A stretch of 54,158 nucleotides of DNA, from positions 1 through 54,158 of the IMG/VR virus record IMGVR_UViG_3300022200_000061. One strand, 5' to 3'. This stretch comes from a virus. Lineage: Duplodnaviria > Caudoviricetes. This document shows, in pieces, positions 19,118 to 28,103 of the stretch (position 1 is its first letter; each line of letters opens with the position of its first letter). A program made the position numbers and the translations under genes. The notes below the pieces were generated by a model, which made no database searches, was not told the DNA's origin, and worked only from the letters and a program-made list of their open reading frames with translations.

Positions 19118-20782
19118 TTACTCCACGACACTGCTTGTGCCATCATTCGTTACAAAGTCAGTCGATGGACCACACCCTACAGTACCACCAGTGTCAGTGT
19201 CGGTATAGTTGATGCAGGTACGAGTATCTACATGAACGCCCACAGACCCAGTACGAATTAGGATAGGTGGCACAGTGTTGCCAGTGGACTCTAGGTAGAT
19301 GTTAGAGATAAACCAACGGCGACCAACAACGTCAATAGCACGACTAGTACCACTGCCCCAACGCTGGATAACATTGTCTCGGATGACACCACGGGCACCA
19401 CCATACGAGTTCACAACGATTGGCAGAGTACAGTCACTGATCTCGTTGTTTACAATACGCAGGGCTTCGGGACCGGGGTTATTCACAGTACCAAGGCCAG
19501 ACTGAATACCACGGCCCATCCAGTAGATGTAGTTGCCCTCAATATTGAAAACGTCTCCACCGATCTGGCGAACAGTATTTGTATTGATCTTAATGGCGAT
19601 AGTCCCAGAGAGAACAGACTGATTGAGGTTCCCCTGTTCATCACCATGCGTCTGGCGAGTAAACATACAGCCACGAATATTACCACGACCAGAGTGCGCC
19701 ACATTGAGTGCAACTTGGTTGGCAGCAGTTAGAACGAAACGAATATCCAGAATCTCGATATGAGTGGATCGCTCGTTGTTAGCATCAGCTTCACTGAATG
19801 GGCGAGTGAACATTGTACCAGCCACCGCAGTAGCCTTTAGGATCGTGACACCATGGCCCTGTCCCTTAATACGCAGGTAGTCGGAAAGCTCAAGCTCAGC
19901 GTCACCATCAATGATGAAAAGACCGGCTGGGATATTTAGCTGTGCTACCACATTCTCTGGAGAGCCAGTAGCCCACCAATTGGCCTGAATGTACGCCATA
20001 GCATTAGTGAACGCTGTAGTGTCATTGGTAGTACCATCACCCTTAGCGCCCCACCACTTGACATTAAAGCCCTGTGCTGTGTCTCGACGAACCCATACGC
20101 CAACAGTTGCTGCAATGGCTGTAGCCTTCACGTAGATTGCTTCTGATGTATCGGCAGCTACTTCCGCACTATAGTCGCCAGACGCCCAGACGAACCAGCC
20201 ATCCTTACCGCTCTCAAGCACGAGTACGCCATTGTAGTCTGAAGTGTCCACAGCCTTCAGAGCTGTGATAGTGGCAGCGGCTGTTACTGAACTCCCGACA
20301 GGGAATACAATAGCGCCAATCATATCTGCTACCAACTTATTCGTTGGGAGTACAGTGTCGTCAGTAGGCGCTGTGCCTTCTACGCTGGTCTGTACGAGAG
20401 CAGGGGCGAGTTTAGCTAGTGTGACTGCACCGTCTGCAATCTCAGTGTTGCCCACTGCGTTGTCGGCAATATTATCTGAATCAACGGCGTTAGCATTGAT
20501 TGTCCATACACCACCACCACTAACTGTGATGTCACCCTTATCGCCAGAAGGGATACCTGTTACTGAAGATGTGATAGCAACGCCATCAATGTTCACAGCG
20601 TTGAAGTAACCGACATTCGCATTTAGGATGTCATTGCTATCCATGTCAAGATCAGCACCCATACTATTAGGCACAGTACCGGCTGTACTAACAGCTTCCT
20701 GCAGGGCAGCTTCAACACGAGTGAAGTTGGTGGTGATGTTGTCTAGGCTATTACTATTTAGGAGGCTTACGTCAATTGCCAT
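19118..20782 (-). CDS. Tailspike with pectate-lyase-like beta-helix (putative depolymerase)
   Basis: FNVKWWGAKGDGTTNDTTAF beta-helix cap, LRIKGQG, Asn-ladder repeats; N-terminal anchor MGADLDMDSNDILN. Confidence 0.8.
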   Translation of the reverse strand: MAIDVSLLNSNSLDNITTNFTRVEAALQEAVSTAGTVPNSMGADLDMDSNDILNANVGYFNAVNIDGVAITSSVTGIPSGDKGDITVSGGGVWTINANAVDSDNIADNAVGNTEIADGAVTLAKLAPALVQTSVEGTAPTDDTVLPTNKLVADMIGAIVFPVGSSVTAAATITALKAVDTSDYNGVLVLESGKDGWFVWASGDYSAEVAADTSEAIYVKATAIAATVGVWVRRDTAQGFNVKWWGAKGDGTTNDTTAFTNAMAYIQANWWATGSPENVVAQLNIPAGLFIIDGDAELELSDYLRIKGQGHGVTILKATAVAGTMFTRPFSEADANNERSTHIEILDIRFVLTAANQVALNVAHSGRGNIRGCMFTRQTHGDEQGNLNQSVLSGTIAIKINTNTVRQIGGDVFNIEGNYIYWMGRGIQSGLGTVNNPGPEALRIVNNEISDCTLPIVVNSYGGARGVIRDNVIQRWGSGTSRAIDVVGRRWFISNIYLESTGNTVPPILIRTGSVGVHVDTRTCINYTDTDTGGTVGCGPSTDFVTNDGTSSVVE

Positions 20783-20985
20783 TACTTACGTCCCGTCTTT
20801 CTACTTGGTTTCTTTGTAAACTTATTATATGAGTTGGTATAAGAACTGGCTTTACCCACCCCAGCAAAACTCTGTGTCTTGAATGAAGTGCTTGACGGTC
20901 CTTTAGGTGTAGCAATGCTCTGTGTTCCGAAATATGCTCGAACGTCCATCACATTCCCACTTTGCTTTCTGCCTGATGTTTTCAT
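20782..20985 (-). CDS. Small basic hypothetical protein (first gene of structural arm)
   Basis: RBS, stop overlaps tailspike ATG. Confidence 0.55.
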   Translation of the reverse strand: MKTSGRKQSGNVMDVRAYFGTQSIATPKGPSSTSFKTQSFAGVGKASSYTNSYNKFTKKPSRKTGRK

Positions 20986-21231
20986 TGTCCTACCTATGTC
21001 GATATCTTATTGATGAATTGTAATGAACTGTTATCGACTCACTGCGTTCGTCACAAATACTGATGGGGTTTCCAACTCTGTGGATTTCCCGGAGAAAGTT
21101 TGGAGGTGTAATGCACTATAATCACACCCCCCACACACCCCCTTGTACCCCCTACGGTATTATTGTACCGCTTGGCCCCGGTGTGTGTTGCATTGACCCT
21201 CCCTCCCTCTGACCACATTCCTATCTACTCC

Positions 21232-21244
21232 TAACCCGTTGATA
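21232..21244 (-). promoter_or_regulatory. IHF binding site
   Basis: TATCAACGGGTTA matches WATCAANNNNTTR exactly; a 1-mismatch site lies at 21467-21479. Confidence 0.55.
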
Positions 21245-21337
21245 TTAAAGGGGTTATTGTTATTAAACGCCTACGGCACACGACTCTGTTCCTATTTGTG
21301 TATGACGATAGGTGTGTAGTCCTATGAGTGGTGATGT

Positions 21338-21403
21338 TGGCACGGTTATTGATAGATGCATATATCATGCCATGTTGTGTTAGTGGTTGGCATGGTACTT
21401 GCT
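21338..21403. promoter_or_regulatory. Three sigma54 (-24/-12)-like sites
   Basis: TGGCACGGTTATTGAT (+, 21338), TGGCATGATATATGCA (-, 21372-21357), TGGCATGGTACTTGCT (+, 21388) versus consensus TGGCACG-N4-TTGCW. Confidence 0.65.
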
Positions 21404-21523
21404 ACAGGTGTGTGCGTTTCCATGTTTGGACTGTTATGTAGTGCCATTGACTGCTATTTCATGGCGTAACCTATTGAGATATATACATAAACCAAAATAG
21501 TTTGATGAATATGCGTTTTCTTG

Positions 21524-21559
21524 TTGCAACGGATGATAGCCTATGACATTGTTGGTTCA
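21524..21559 (+). promoter_or_regulatory. Putative sigma70 early promoter
   Basis: TTGCAA-N17-CATTGT-N6-A; initial transcribed ATCGAAAGGGGCACAGCG resembles T7 A1 (ATCGAGAGGGACACGGCG). Confidence 0.55.
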
Positions 21560-21593
21560 TCGAAAGGGGCACAGCGTCCTTTAGATCACCGGG

Positions 21594-21930
21594 GCGTCAT
21601 ATGCTAGCGGTGGGATAGGTTACACAGACCTTGTAGTTAGGGTATTGGGCCGGTCTATTGGTTATCGCCGTCGGTGATGATCGGGTAGAACGCCGCTAAC
21701 ACAAGCAAGTGGTTGGCCGCGGGAACGTTGATAGCCTTGCCATATGCAAGGTGTTATCATCGGCAAGTCAGCACGACTTCGCAGCACTTCCAAAAGCAAC
21801 AGAACATATGTGTGTGTTGAATGAGCGTTGGCGTTAGTTGACAATCGTTTGGCCTTGACATGGTGGGCGGTCTGACAACCTGCCCTTGATTGATTATGTA
21901 TGTTCTGCCCTCACCTTTAGCATATGACGC
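21594..21930 (+). ncRNA. Putative large structured non-coding RNA (~340 nt)
   Basis: 13-bp perfect closing helix 21594-21606/21918-21930 enclosing at least eight compatible helices; no convincing ORF. Confidence 0.6.
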
Positions 21931-21956
21931 TTATACTATCACGAAAGGAAACCGTA

Positions 21957-22142
21957 GTGTTCACTCATAAAGAATGCCCCCAAGGCTTGGTTACTGCCAA
22001 GCGTGTGCCTTTTGTCCATGTCAATGGTCGCATGACCCGTGACAATCGTGGGCGTGAGGTAGAGCTATCTTGCACTGTCAAAGGCTCAAGCACGGAACGT
22101 TTCAACACTGGCTATCCTATTGGCTTTCATAAGTGGTATTAG
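21957..22142 (+). CDS. Early hypothetical protein
   Basis: GTG after AAAGGA RBS, in frame with ORF 21924-22142. Confidence 0.55.
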   Translation: MFTHKECPQGLVTAKRVPFVHVNGRMTRDNRGREVELSCTVKGSSTERFNTGYPIGFHKWY

Positions 22143-22242
22143 CTAATCACTACGTTTGGCACTTCTCATAATGCAGGTATCTCAACTGTGTTAAGAAGTG
22201 CCAAAGGCGGCGATTAGTGCCGAAAACAGGAAAGGTATTGAT

Positions 22243-22833
22243 ATGACCAAACTCTCACTCTCGAAGATGGGCCTTGATGGCAAGGCAACTATGGCTTTTG
22301 TTGTGGACACAAACAAGCAATACACAGCTCTGTCAGTCCGCCTTCACCAGACCGCTTGTGTGGCTCTCTATCGTGCTGCCCAATTCGGTGATCCCGATGC
22401 GCTCAACATGTTCTATTCCGACCTTCGTGTGAACGATCAGACCGCATTGCGTGTTTGGGTTGGTCAGCACTCAAGCTATGTGGACCTTGACCTTGGCAGC
22501 ACTCGCAATTGGATCAAGTTTGATACCAAGAAGGGCTTCACTCTCGTCAAGGATGTGGAAAGCCATCGCAAGGACATGTTTACCGTCGAAACCAATGAGG
22601 GTGGTAAGCAGATGCTTCTTGCCCTCAAGCCCTTCTATGACAAGAATGTCAAGGACAAGGACGCCATCACTCTTGAAGTGTTGATGAACATGATGAAACG
22701 CACTGCCGACCAGATGACCAAGAAGGCCGATGCTGAAGGCATCAAGCTGCCAGCCGACGTTCTCAAGCTCACCACGTCGATGAAGAATACTGCCGCCAAG
22801 GAATTGGCCGCTATCGAACGTGTTACCGAATAG
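22243..22833 (+). CDS. Early hypothetical protein
   Basis: ATG after GGAAAGG RBS; strong codon bias. Confidence 0.75.
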   Translation: MTKLSLSKMGLDGKATMAFVVDTNKQYTALSVRLHQTACVALYRAAQFGDPDALNMFYSDLRVNDQTALRVWVGQHSSYVDLDLGSTRNWIKFDTKKGFTLVKDVESHRKDMFTVETNEGGKQMLLALKPFYDKNVKDKDAITLEVLMNMMKRTADQMTKKADAEGIKLPADVLKLTTSMKNTAAKELAAIERVTE

Positions 22834-23671
22834 CATCAACGTCTAACGTTTGATACTTAGGACACACGCAACAGGCTGTTAGACCGGCACACAACACCGG
22901 CTTGATGAGCGTGTGTCTCTATGTGTCAATCATGGCACGAATAGGAGATAATACCATGAATGCTTTTACCGCTCGCAAGGTCACTGAAGGCCGTCGTCTG
23001 TATGAAGCTATGTGCAAGGGCAAGGTTGCCATGCGCGGCATCCACAAGGTTCGTAATGGCCGCAAGTGTGCGCCTATCGTCCCTTCAGGCTTTCCCTATC
23101 ACGGTCACGTGAGCTTCAACTAGTTTTGAAGTGCCGTAACCCGTAATTTCCTGTGAAAGTGTATGACATGATTGGAAAGTATTCTGTGTCTCAATCAGCC
23201 GCACGTGAAAATGCCGATAGGAGTATCTCCGTACATGGCGTCACTCTCCGACTGACCACTGAATTGGTCAATCCGTTTTATATGGCCCGACTACCTCACT
23301 ACAGGTTTGCGACATTCTGGTCCCGGATCAGTAATGAGCGGATCGAGGACAAACCCGTACGTTTTGAAACTGACGGTTTTGAAATCTTCAAACTTGAACG
23401 TGCAGGCCACAGCATTGTTTATGTTGTGTCTTGTTCCATCGAACATGGCGACAAGCTGGTCCTGTCACAAGTTGCCATTCCCAAATTGATTGATCAGCCC
23501 GCTATTGCTGGCTAATAACAAGAGTGTATGACATGCGTACAATCAAGCTCATGATGCGCTATCGTCCAAAGTCCACAATAGGGCTTTTCGGATTGGCTAT
23601 GTTAATACTGGCCATCATCGTGTTCGGACATATGCCATGCACCACCATTCCATATTGTTAGGAGAACAAAC

Positions 23672-23884
23672 ATGGCTAAGGCAAACGAAAAGATGTACGT
23701 CATTGGTGACAAGGACAATTTCACTGATGGGAATGAAGCCGGTATCATTGTCTCAACTGAAGAGAACTTAAGCCAAGCTGTGTCCGATTGGCTTGCCGAA
23801 ACCTTTACATCTGAAGAAGATGTCCTGCTATACGAGGTCGGTCGTAAAGGCATCCTGCCCAAACGTGAAATTCAGTTTGTGTAG
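23672..23884 (+). CDS. Early hypothetical protein
   Basis: AGGAG RBS, acidic 70-aa ORF. Confidence 0.65.
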   Translation: MAKANEKMYVIGDKDNFTDGNEAGIIVSTEENLSQAVSDWLAETFTSEEDVLLYEVGRKGILPKREIQFV

Positions 23885-23948
23885 TTAAGAAGTGCCGATG
23901 ATGTGAATTTGTTATGAAAATTGATGGGGCTTACGAGCCCTGTCTTAT

Positions 23949-24014
23949 GGGTGGGTCGTCTAATTGGTTAGGACAACTCCGGAGATAATGCAGGTTCGAC
24001 TCCTGTCCCACCCT
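23949..24014 (+). tRNA. tRNA-like RNA lacking the anticodon loop (tRNA-Glu-like body)
   Basis: Acceptor GGGTGGG/CCCACCC, D-arm GTCT-AATTGGTTA-GGAC, T-arm GCAGG-TTCGACT-CCTGT; only 15 nt between D- and T-arm; no encoded CCA. Confidence 0.75.
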
Positions 24015-24122
24015 TATAATTGCTTTGTGTGTGTCCCACTATTGTTGTGGACAGTTAAGCTGGCCACTCCTTGGGTCAGTGGGGGCACACTCATGGCAAT
24101 TATGCCCTAATGGAGAAGAAGA

Positions 24123-24302
24123 ATGAAGATCGTTCCCGGTGATACTGTTCGTACGGCTGATGGCAAGGTGTTGGATATCAGTGAGCGTACTCCTGACAAC
24201 TACCTGACCAGCGTTGATCGCATGGGCAATGCTCGTTTGTTCAAGCCCAATGGCCACTATGCTGGTGGTGATCGTGGCAAGAACGCTGTGGAGGTTCTGT
24301 AA
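24123..24302 (+). CDS. Hypothetical protein (59 aa)
   Basis: MKIVPGDTVRTADGK...; RBS GGAG; stop overlaps next ATG. Confidence 0.6.
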   Translation: MKIVPGDTVRTADGKVLDISERTPDNYLTSVDRMGNARLFKPNGHYAGGDRGKNAVEVL

Positions 24303-24685
24303 TGGGTAAGTTTAATATTGGTGACAAGGTTCGGCGCACAAGACACTCTATGGTGTCCGAGAAGAAGTATGGACGAATGGGCGTGGTGTATACAATTGCG
24401 TCCGAGAGAACTGTGGGTATGGGGTACTTAACCGAGTGTGGTATCATAGCCTGTGAAGCTAATTTTGAGTTGGTTGGTCCCCTTGAAGAAGCCAAGGCCA
24501 CTCTCGAAGCTGCTGGCTATATTATCTCACCCCCACTACCAAAACTGACCGACAAGATCGCGATATGGCGTTTCAAATTCAGTAGACGAGACGACTATCA
24601 CGTCACCACATTATCCAAACATATCCCTATGTCCGACAAAGAGCTGATTGCTATTGTCGACTGGACAGAAGGAGATGGGCTATGA
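24302..24685 (+). CDS. Hypothetical protein, paralog of 27693-28103
   Basis: Shared EEA..L...GY....P.P and IA.V.W.EG motifs. Confidence 0.7.
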   Translation: MGKFNIGDKVRRTRHSMVSEKKYGRMGVVYTIASERTVGMGYLTECGIIACEANFELVGPLEEAKATLEAAGYIISPPLPKLTDKIAIWRFKFSRRDDYHVTTLSKHIPMSDKELIAIVDWTEGDGL

Positions 24686-25550
24686 GTTTTGATACAGCAA
24701 ACCTTGTAATGTTCTTTGTCTTCGTCCTTCCAGTCGGTTTGTTTATGTGGATGGGCGTGGCCTACTGGGGCCTCCAAACATATAAAATGTGGAAGAATCG
24801 CTGATGTATTTCATTGTAACGTTCGCCGGGTCCAAGGTGATTGGGCCTTTCACATGTGAGAAAGCCGCTCTCGAATATAAGCGCCAGTACCCTAAGTTTG
24901 CTGGTGTTGTACGAGACGTACAGAAACCATAGGTAATGTCATGCTTGAGAACTCTCTCTACTTCATTGGTGGCGTACTCGTCACTGTAATGTTGTTTCTC
25001 CTGTTCTCCATATACGGTTATGCCGTATGGACTTGGTTCACTTCACAGTTTAGGAGTGCCAAAGCCGAGGATTTCTTGGAAAAACATTTTAAGGATGATC
25101 TGTGATGAAGGTTTATTTAGTGATCACAGCCTATCAAGACGAGTACGAAATTCATGGGGCCTACCTTGATTCAAATCAAGCTTTGGTCCGGCAACAAGCT
25201 GAGCGTCGTAAGTTTCTAGAATACCTTGGCAGCTACAAGCCACGTCGTCTGGACGACATGCTTGAGGCCATCCATATCAAAGAAATGGAAATCAGTGATG
25301 CAAACGAACAGTGATAAGGTGCGTACCTTCCGTAATGAGGATAAGGAACCTCGTTTGGACCGTAAGCGTGACAAGATGAGCCCGAAAGAGCTTCGTAAAC
25401 AGGCAAGACGTGTCAAGCACGTTGGCCGTGATATTGAAGACTGATTGGTATTTGTAGTATCACTCTAACTTCTTCATATTATACTCTTCTAAACTTCGTT
25501 ATCTTCCGATTATCATCGGTATAGAGTATTATATAGATATCATATAGATA

Positions 25551-25578
25551 TATACCGGCTGAGAAGCCTGTTTGTGAG
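25551..25578 (-). promoter_or_regulatory. Putative phage-sigma promoter, antisense to the early arm
   Basis: Exact CTCACAAACA-N12-GGTATA on the minus strand, followed by an AT-rich tract. Confidence 0.7.
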
Positions 25579-25592
25579 AAAGGAAATGAAAA

Positions 25593-26474
25593 ATGGATGC
25601 AAAAACACTTCGTCGTGTTAGTCCATTGGTTAAGGAATACGCCAAAACCCGGTTCGTTCATGACTATCAAGATAGGAACTCCAACGCTATCAATGCGCGT
25701 GTTTCAATTGGTCTTTCAGGTAAAGCTAAACTTGATCGTGGTGCGCCATATGTATGTTATGGCAATCTGAATCGTACTGTCGATCCTGATACGAAGGCCA
25801 TTCTTCTTCAGATTCAGCCCCGTAAAGAAGCTGTTACTGAAGAGGCATTCCGCCACTACATCCATTGGGTTATTAACCTCTCCCCTTGGCGTCATGCGTT
25901 CATCAGCAAGAACATTGATCGTGTCATGCGTGATGGTGTTGTTGTCGTTGATGCTACATACAAGGGCAACACTGTCTCTGGTGGCATGATTGCACTACGT
26001 CAGGCTTGGGAAAACTACAGTGCAAACTTCCGCCACAAGGGTGTTCAAGCATGGTATGAATTGCTTGGCCAGACTGACCCTGTTGTAGCATTTGCTGCAA
26101 GCTGTTTGTTCTCTTGGGTAAATGACCATGCTGTAATCCCAACGCCAACGTTTGCTGGGCATACCCCTCTCAATCAGGATGGGTCCAACCGCCTTGACTC
26201 GTTTGTTCGTGGTAACATGGTTGATAATTCTGAACCTTGGTGTGTTGGTGCTATCCATCGTCTAGCATCTGGTGCATGGCCACCAGCAACAATGACCCCC
26301 AAATCTTTCGCACCATTCGTTCACAAGCTTGTTGAACAAATTGATAGCAAGAAGACTAGCGCCAACCCTTTTGCTGCAAGAAATGAGACTAAGGTGTATG
26401 AGCGTAACAGGCTTATTACCTTCCTTGCTGAAAACCTCCAGCCTGAATGGGATAAGTTGAATGGCACGGCGTAG
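25593..26474 (+). CDS. Hypothetical protein heading the amidoligase cluster
   Basis: 293-aa ORF with RBS. Confidence 0.75.
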   Translation: MDAKTLRRVSPLVKEYAKTRFVHDYQDRNSNAINARVSIGLSGKAKLDRGAPYVCYGNLNRTVDPDTKAILLQIQPRKEAVTEEAFRHYIHWVINLSPWRHAFISKNIDRVMRDGVVVVDATYKGNTVSGGMIALRQAWENYSANFRHKGVQAWYELLGQTDPVVAFAASCLFSWVNDHAVIPTPTFAGHTPLNQDGSNRLDSFVRGNMVDNSEPWCVGAIHRLASGAWPPATMTPKSFAPFVHKLVEQIDSKKTSANPFAARNETKVYERNRLITFLAENLQPEWDKLNGTA

Positions 26475-27153
26475 TGTTTTAATCAGTAATGGCAGTGGTG
26501 CAGGTGCTGTACGTACAATGTTTATGGAAGAGGGATGGGATATCTGTAGTGATATCGACGATGCTGATTTGGTTCAGTTCGTTGGTGGTGCAGACGTTGA
26601 CCCTGCTCTCTATGGGCATCACAAGCATCGTACTACAACCATTGACGCCAATCGTGACCTCCGTGAACAAGAGCTATACACTATGGCCCTTGATCGTGGT
26701 ATTCCTATGGCTGGTATCTGTCGTGGTGGTCAGTTCCTCAATGTCATGAATGGTGGGCTGCTCTATCAGGATGTTGATGGACATGCTATGGGCACTACAC
26801 ATGAGGCATGGCTTAAGGGCGCGCCCTTGCCTGTCAAGGTAACATCAACCCATCACCAGATGATGGAGCCTAACTACGATGCTGATGTGCGTGTACTGAT
26901 GCAAGCCAAGGCTTCGTCCGTTAAGCGTATGATGTCGAACAAGAAGAATGGCATCTATGAAACCAAGATCGTCATGAAGGATGGGTGTCAGCCCTCTGAT
27001 GTTGAAGCCCTCTACTATCCGGGTACTCGTTGCCTGTGCTTCCAGCCTCATCCAGAGTTTACGGCAGCCTATGCTCGTGAGACTCGTGAGGTGTATTTCG
27101 TCTTTATGGCTGATTACATCACAGGTGATCCGAACGACCACGTTCCATATTGA
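26461..27153 (+). CDS. Class I glutamine amidotransferase-like (peptidase C26 / PuuD-like)
   Basis: GGADVDPALYG, GICRGGQ nucleophile elbow, STHHQ, FQPHPE. Confidence 0.9.
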   Translation: MARRSVLISNGSGAGAVRTMFMEEGWDICSDIDDADLVQFVGGADVDPALYGHHKHRTTTIDANRDLREQELYTMALDRGIPMAGICRGGQFLNVMNGGLLYQDVDGHAMGTTHEAWLKGAPLPVKVTSTHHQMMEPNYDADVRVLMQAKASSVKRMMSNKKNGIYETKIVMKDGCQPSDVEALYYPGTRCLCFQPHPEFTAAYARETREVYFVFMADYITGDPNDHVPY

Positions 27154-27206
27154 GTTATGAAGTGTGGATAGTGGTAATTTTGTGAGAAAATAACGGAGAT
27201 TTTGAA

Positions 27207-27596
27207 ATGAACATGCTGTCTGTATTCCTCCTTCTGTCTGATATCGTGCCACGTCTGGCTATTTTGGGCATTATCTTGATAGTTGCTGCTCTGGCCCTCC
27301 TGTTCGTCCTGCCCAAAAATGATGAGATCGAAATGTTCTCATACGAACATGCCCCGTTTCAGGGGCTAATGAGAAAAGAGCCGTACATTGTGGGTATTAT
27401 TGGTCTCGTCTTGCTCTTCTTCACTCCAAGCAAGGAAGCCTTTCGACTAATTGCTGCCAGTCAGGTTGGCGAACAGATTATTCAGCTTGAAGAGGTGCAG
27501 GAAATTGGTGGTGAGGTTGGTGGACTGGCCAAAGATGCCATTGAACTGCTGCGCCAGCAGGTGAATAACAATCTTCCACAGAAGCCTACTGAATAG
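27207..27596 (+). CDS. Membrane protein
   Basis: Two hydrophobic segments. Confidence 0.65.
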   Translation: MNMLSVFLLLSDIVPRLAILGIILIVAALALLFVLPKNDEIEMFSYEHAPFQGLMRKEPYIVGIIGLVLLFFTPSKEAFRLIAASQVGEQIIQLEEVQEIGGEVGGLAKDAIELLRQQVNNNLPQKPTE

Positions 27597-27692
27597 GTGT
27601 AAGTGTTTTAGGCCATGTTGGGTCATCTGACATAGCTAACCTCTCTCAGCGGCCTTCTCTGTGGCCGCAATCAACCTTCTAGGAGCATATTA

Positions 27693-28103
27693 ATGACTGT
27701 TGATGTAAAAGTTGGCGATGTTGTACTAATTAAAATTGGTGTTGGGTTCAGCCTTAGTGGCAAAGCTGTCTCAATCTCTTCTGTGAACAATGAACACTTC
27801 ACTACACCTGTTGGCACTAGGCTTGGCCACTACAAGTACCCGCTCCATATTATCGAAAAGGTTGTCAAACCTCTTAACCCAACTGAAGAGGCTATCAAGC
27901 ATCTTACATCCCTTGGTTATAAGGTGGAAGAACCAACTCCGCCTCGTGAGGGTATTGGTGTTGTGTATAGTTTTCAGTTAGCTGCTCAAGACAAGGTTGT
28001 GACCGCTATTATGGACCAAAATGCGTGGGGCACCTACTACGAAAAAGATGAAAAGTATACAAAGATTGCCACAGTGAAGTGGGTTGAAGGAGAATACGTC
28101 TAA
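27693..28103 (+). CDS. Hypothetical protein, paralog of 24302-24685
   Basis: AGGAG RBS; shared C-terminal motifs. Confidence 0.7.
   Translation: MTVDVKVGDVVLIKIGVGFSLSGKAVSISSVNNEHFTTPVGTRLGHYKYPLHIIEKVVKPLNPTEEAIKHLTSLGYKVEEPTPPREGIGVVYSFQLAAQDKVVTAIMDQNAWGTYYEKDEKYTKIATVKWVEGEYV

Larger units (their letters stand above)
21000..21560. other. Divergent non-coding region, probable genome terminus / terminal repeat
   Basis: Separates the two oppositely oriented arms; C-rich tracts at 21126-21210. Confidence 0.6.

Noticed and set aside
21594-21930. tmRNA, RNase P RNA or cobalamin riboswitch
   Set aside because: Conserved signature sequences of these families were not found by eye
21000-25600. 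CRISPR array or tandem repeat array
   Set aside because: No regularly spaced repeats seen here or elsewhere in the window
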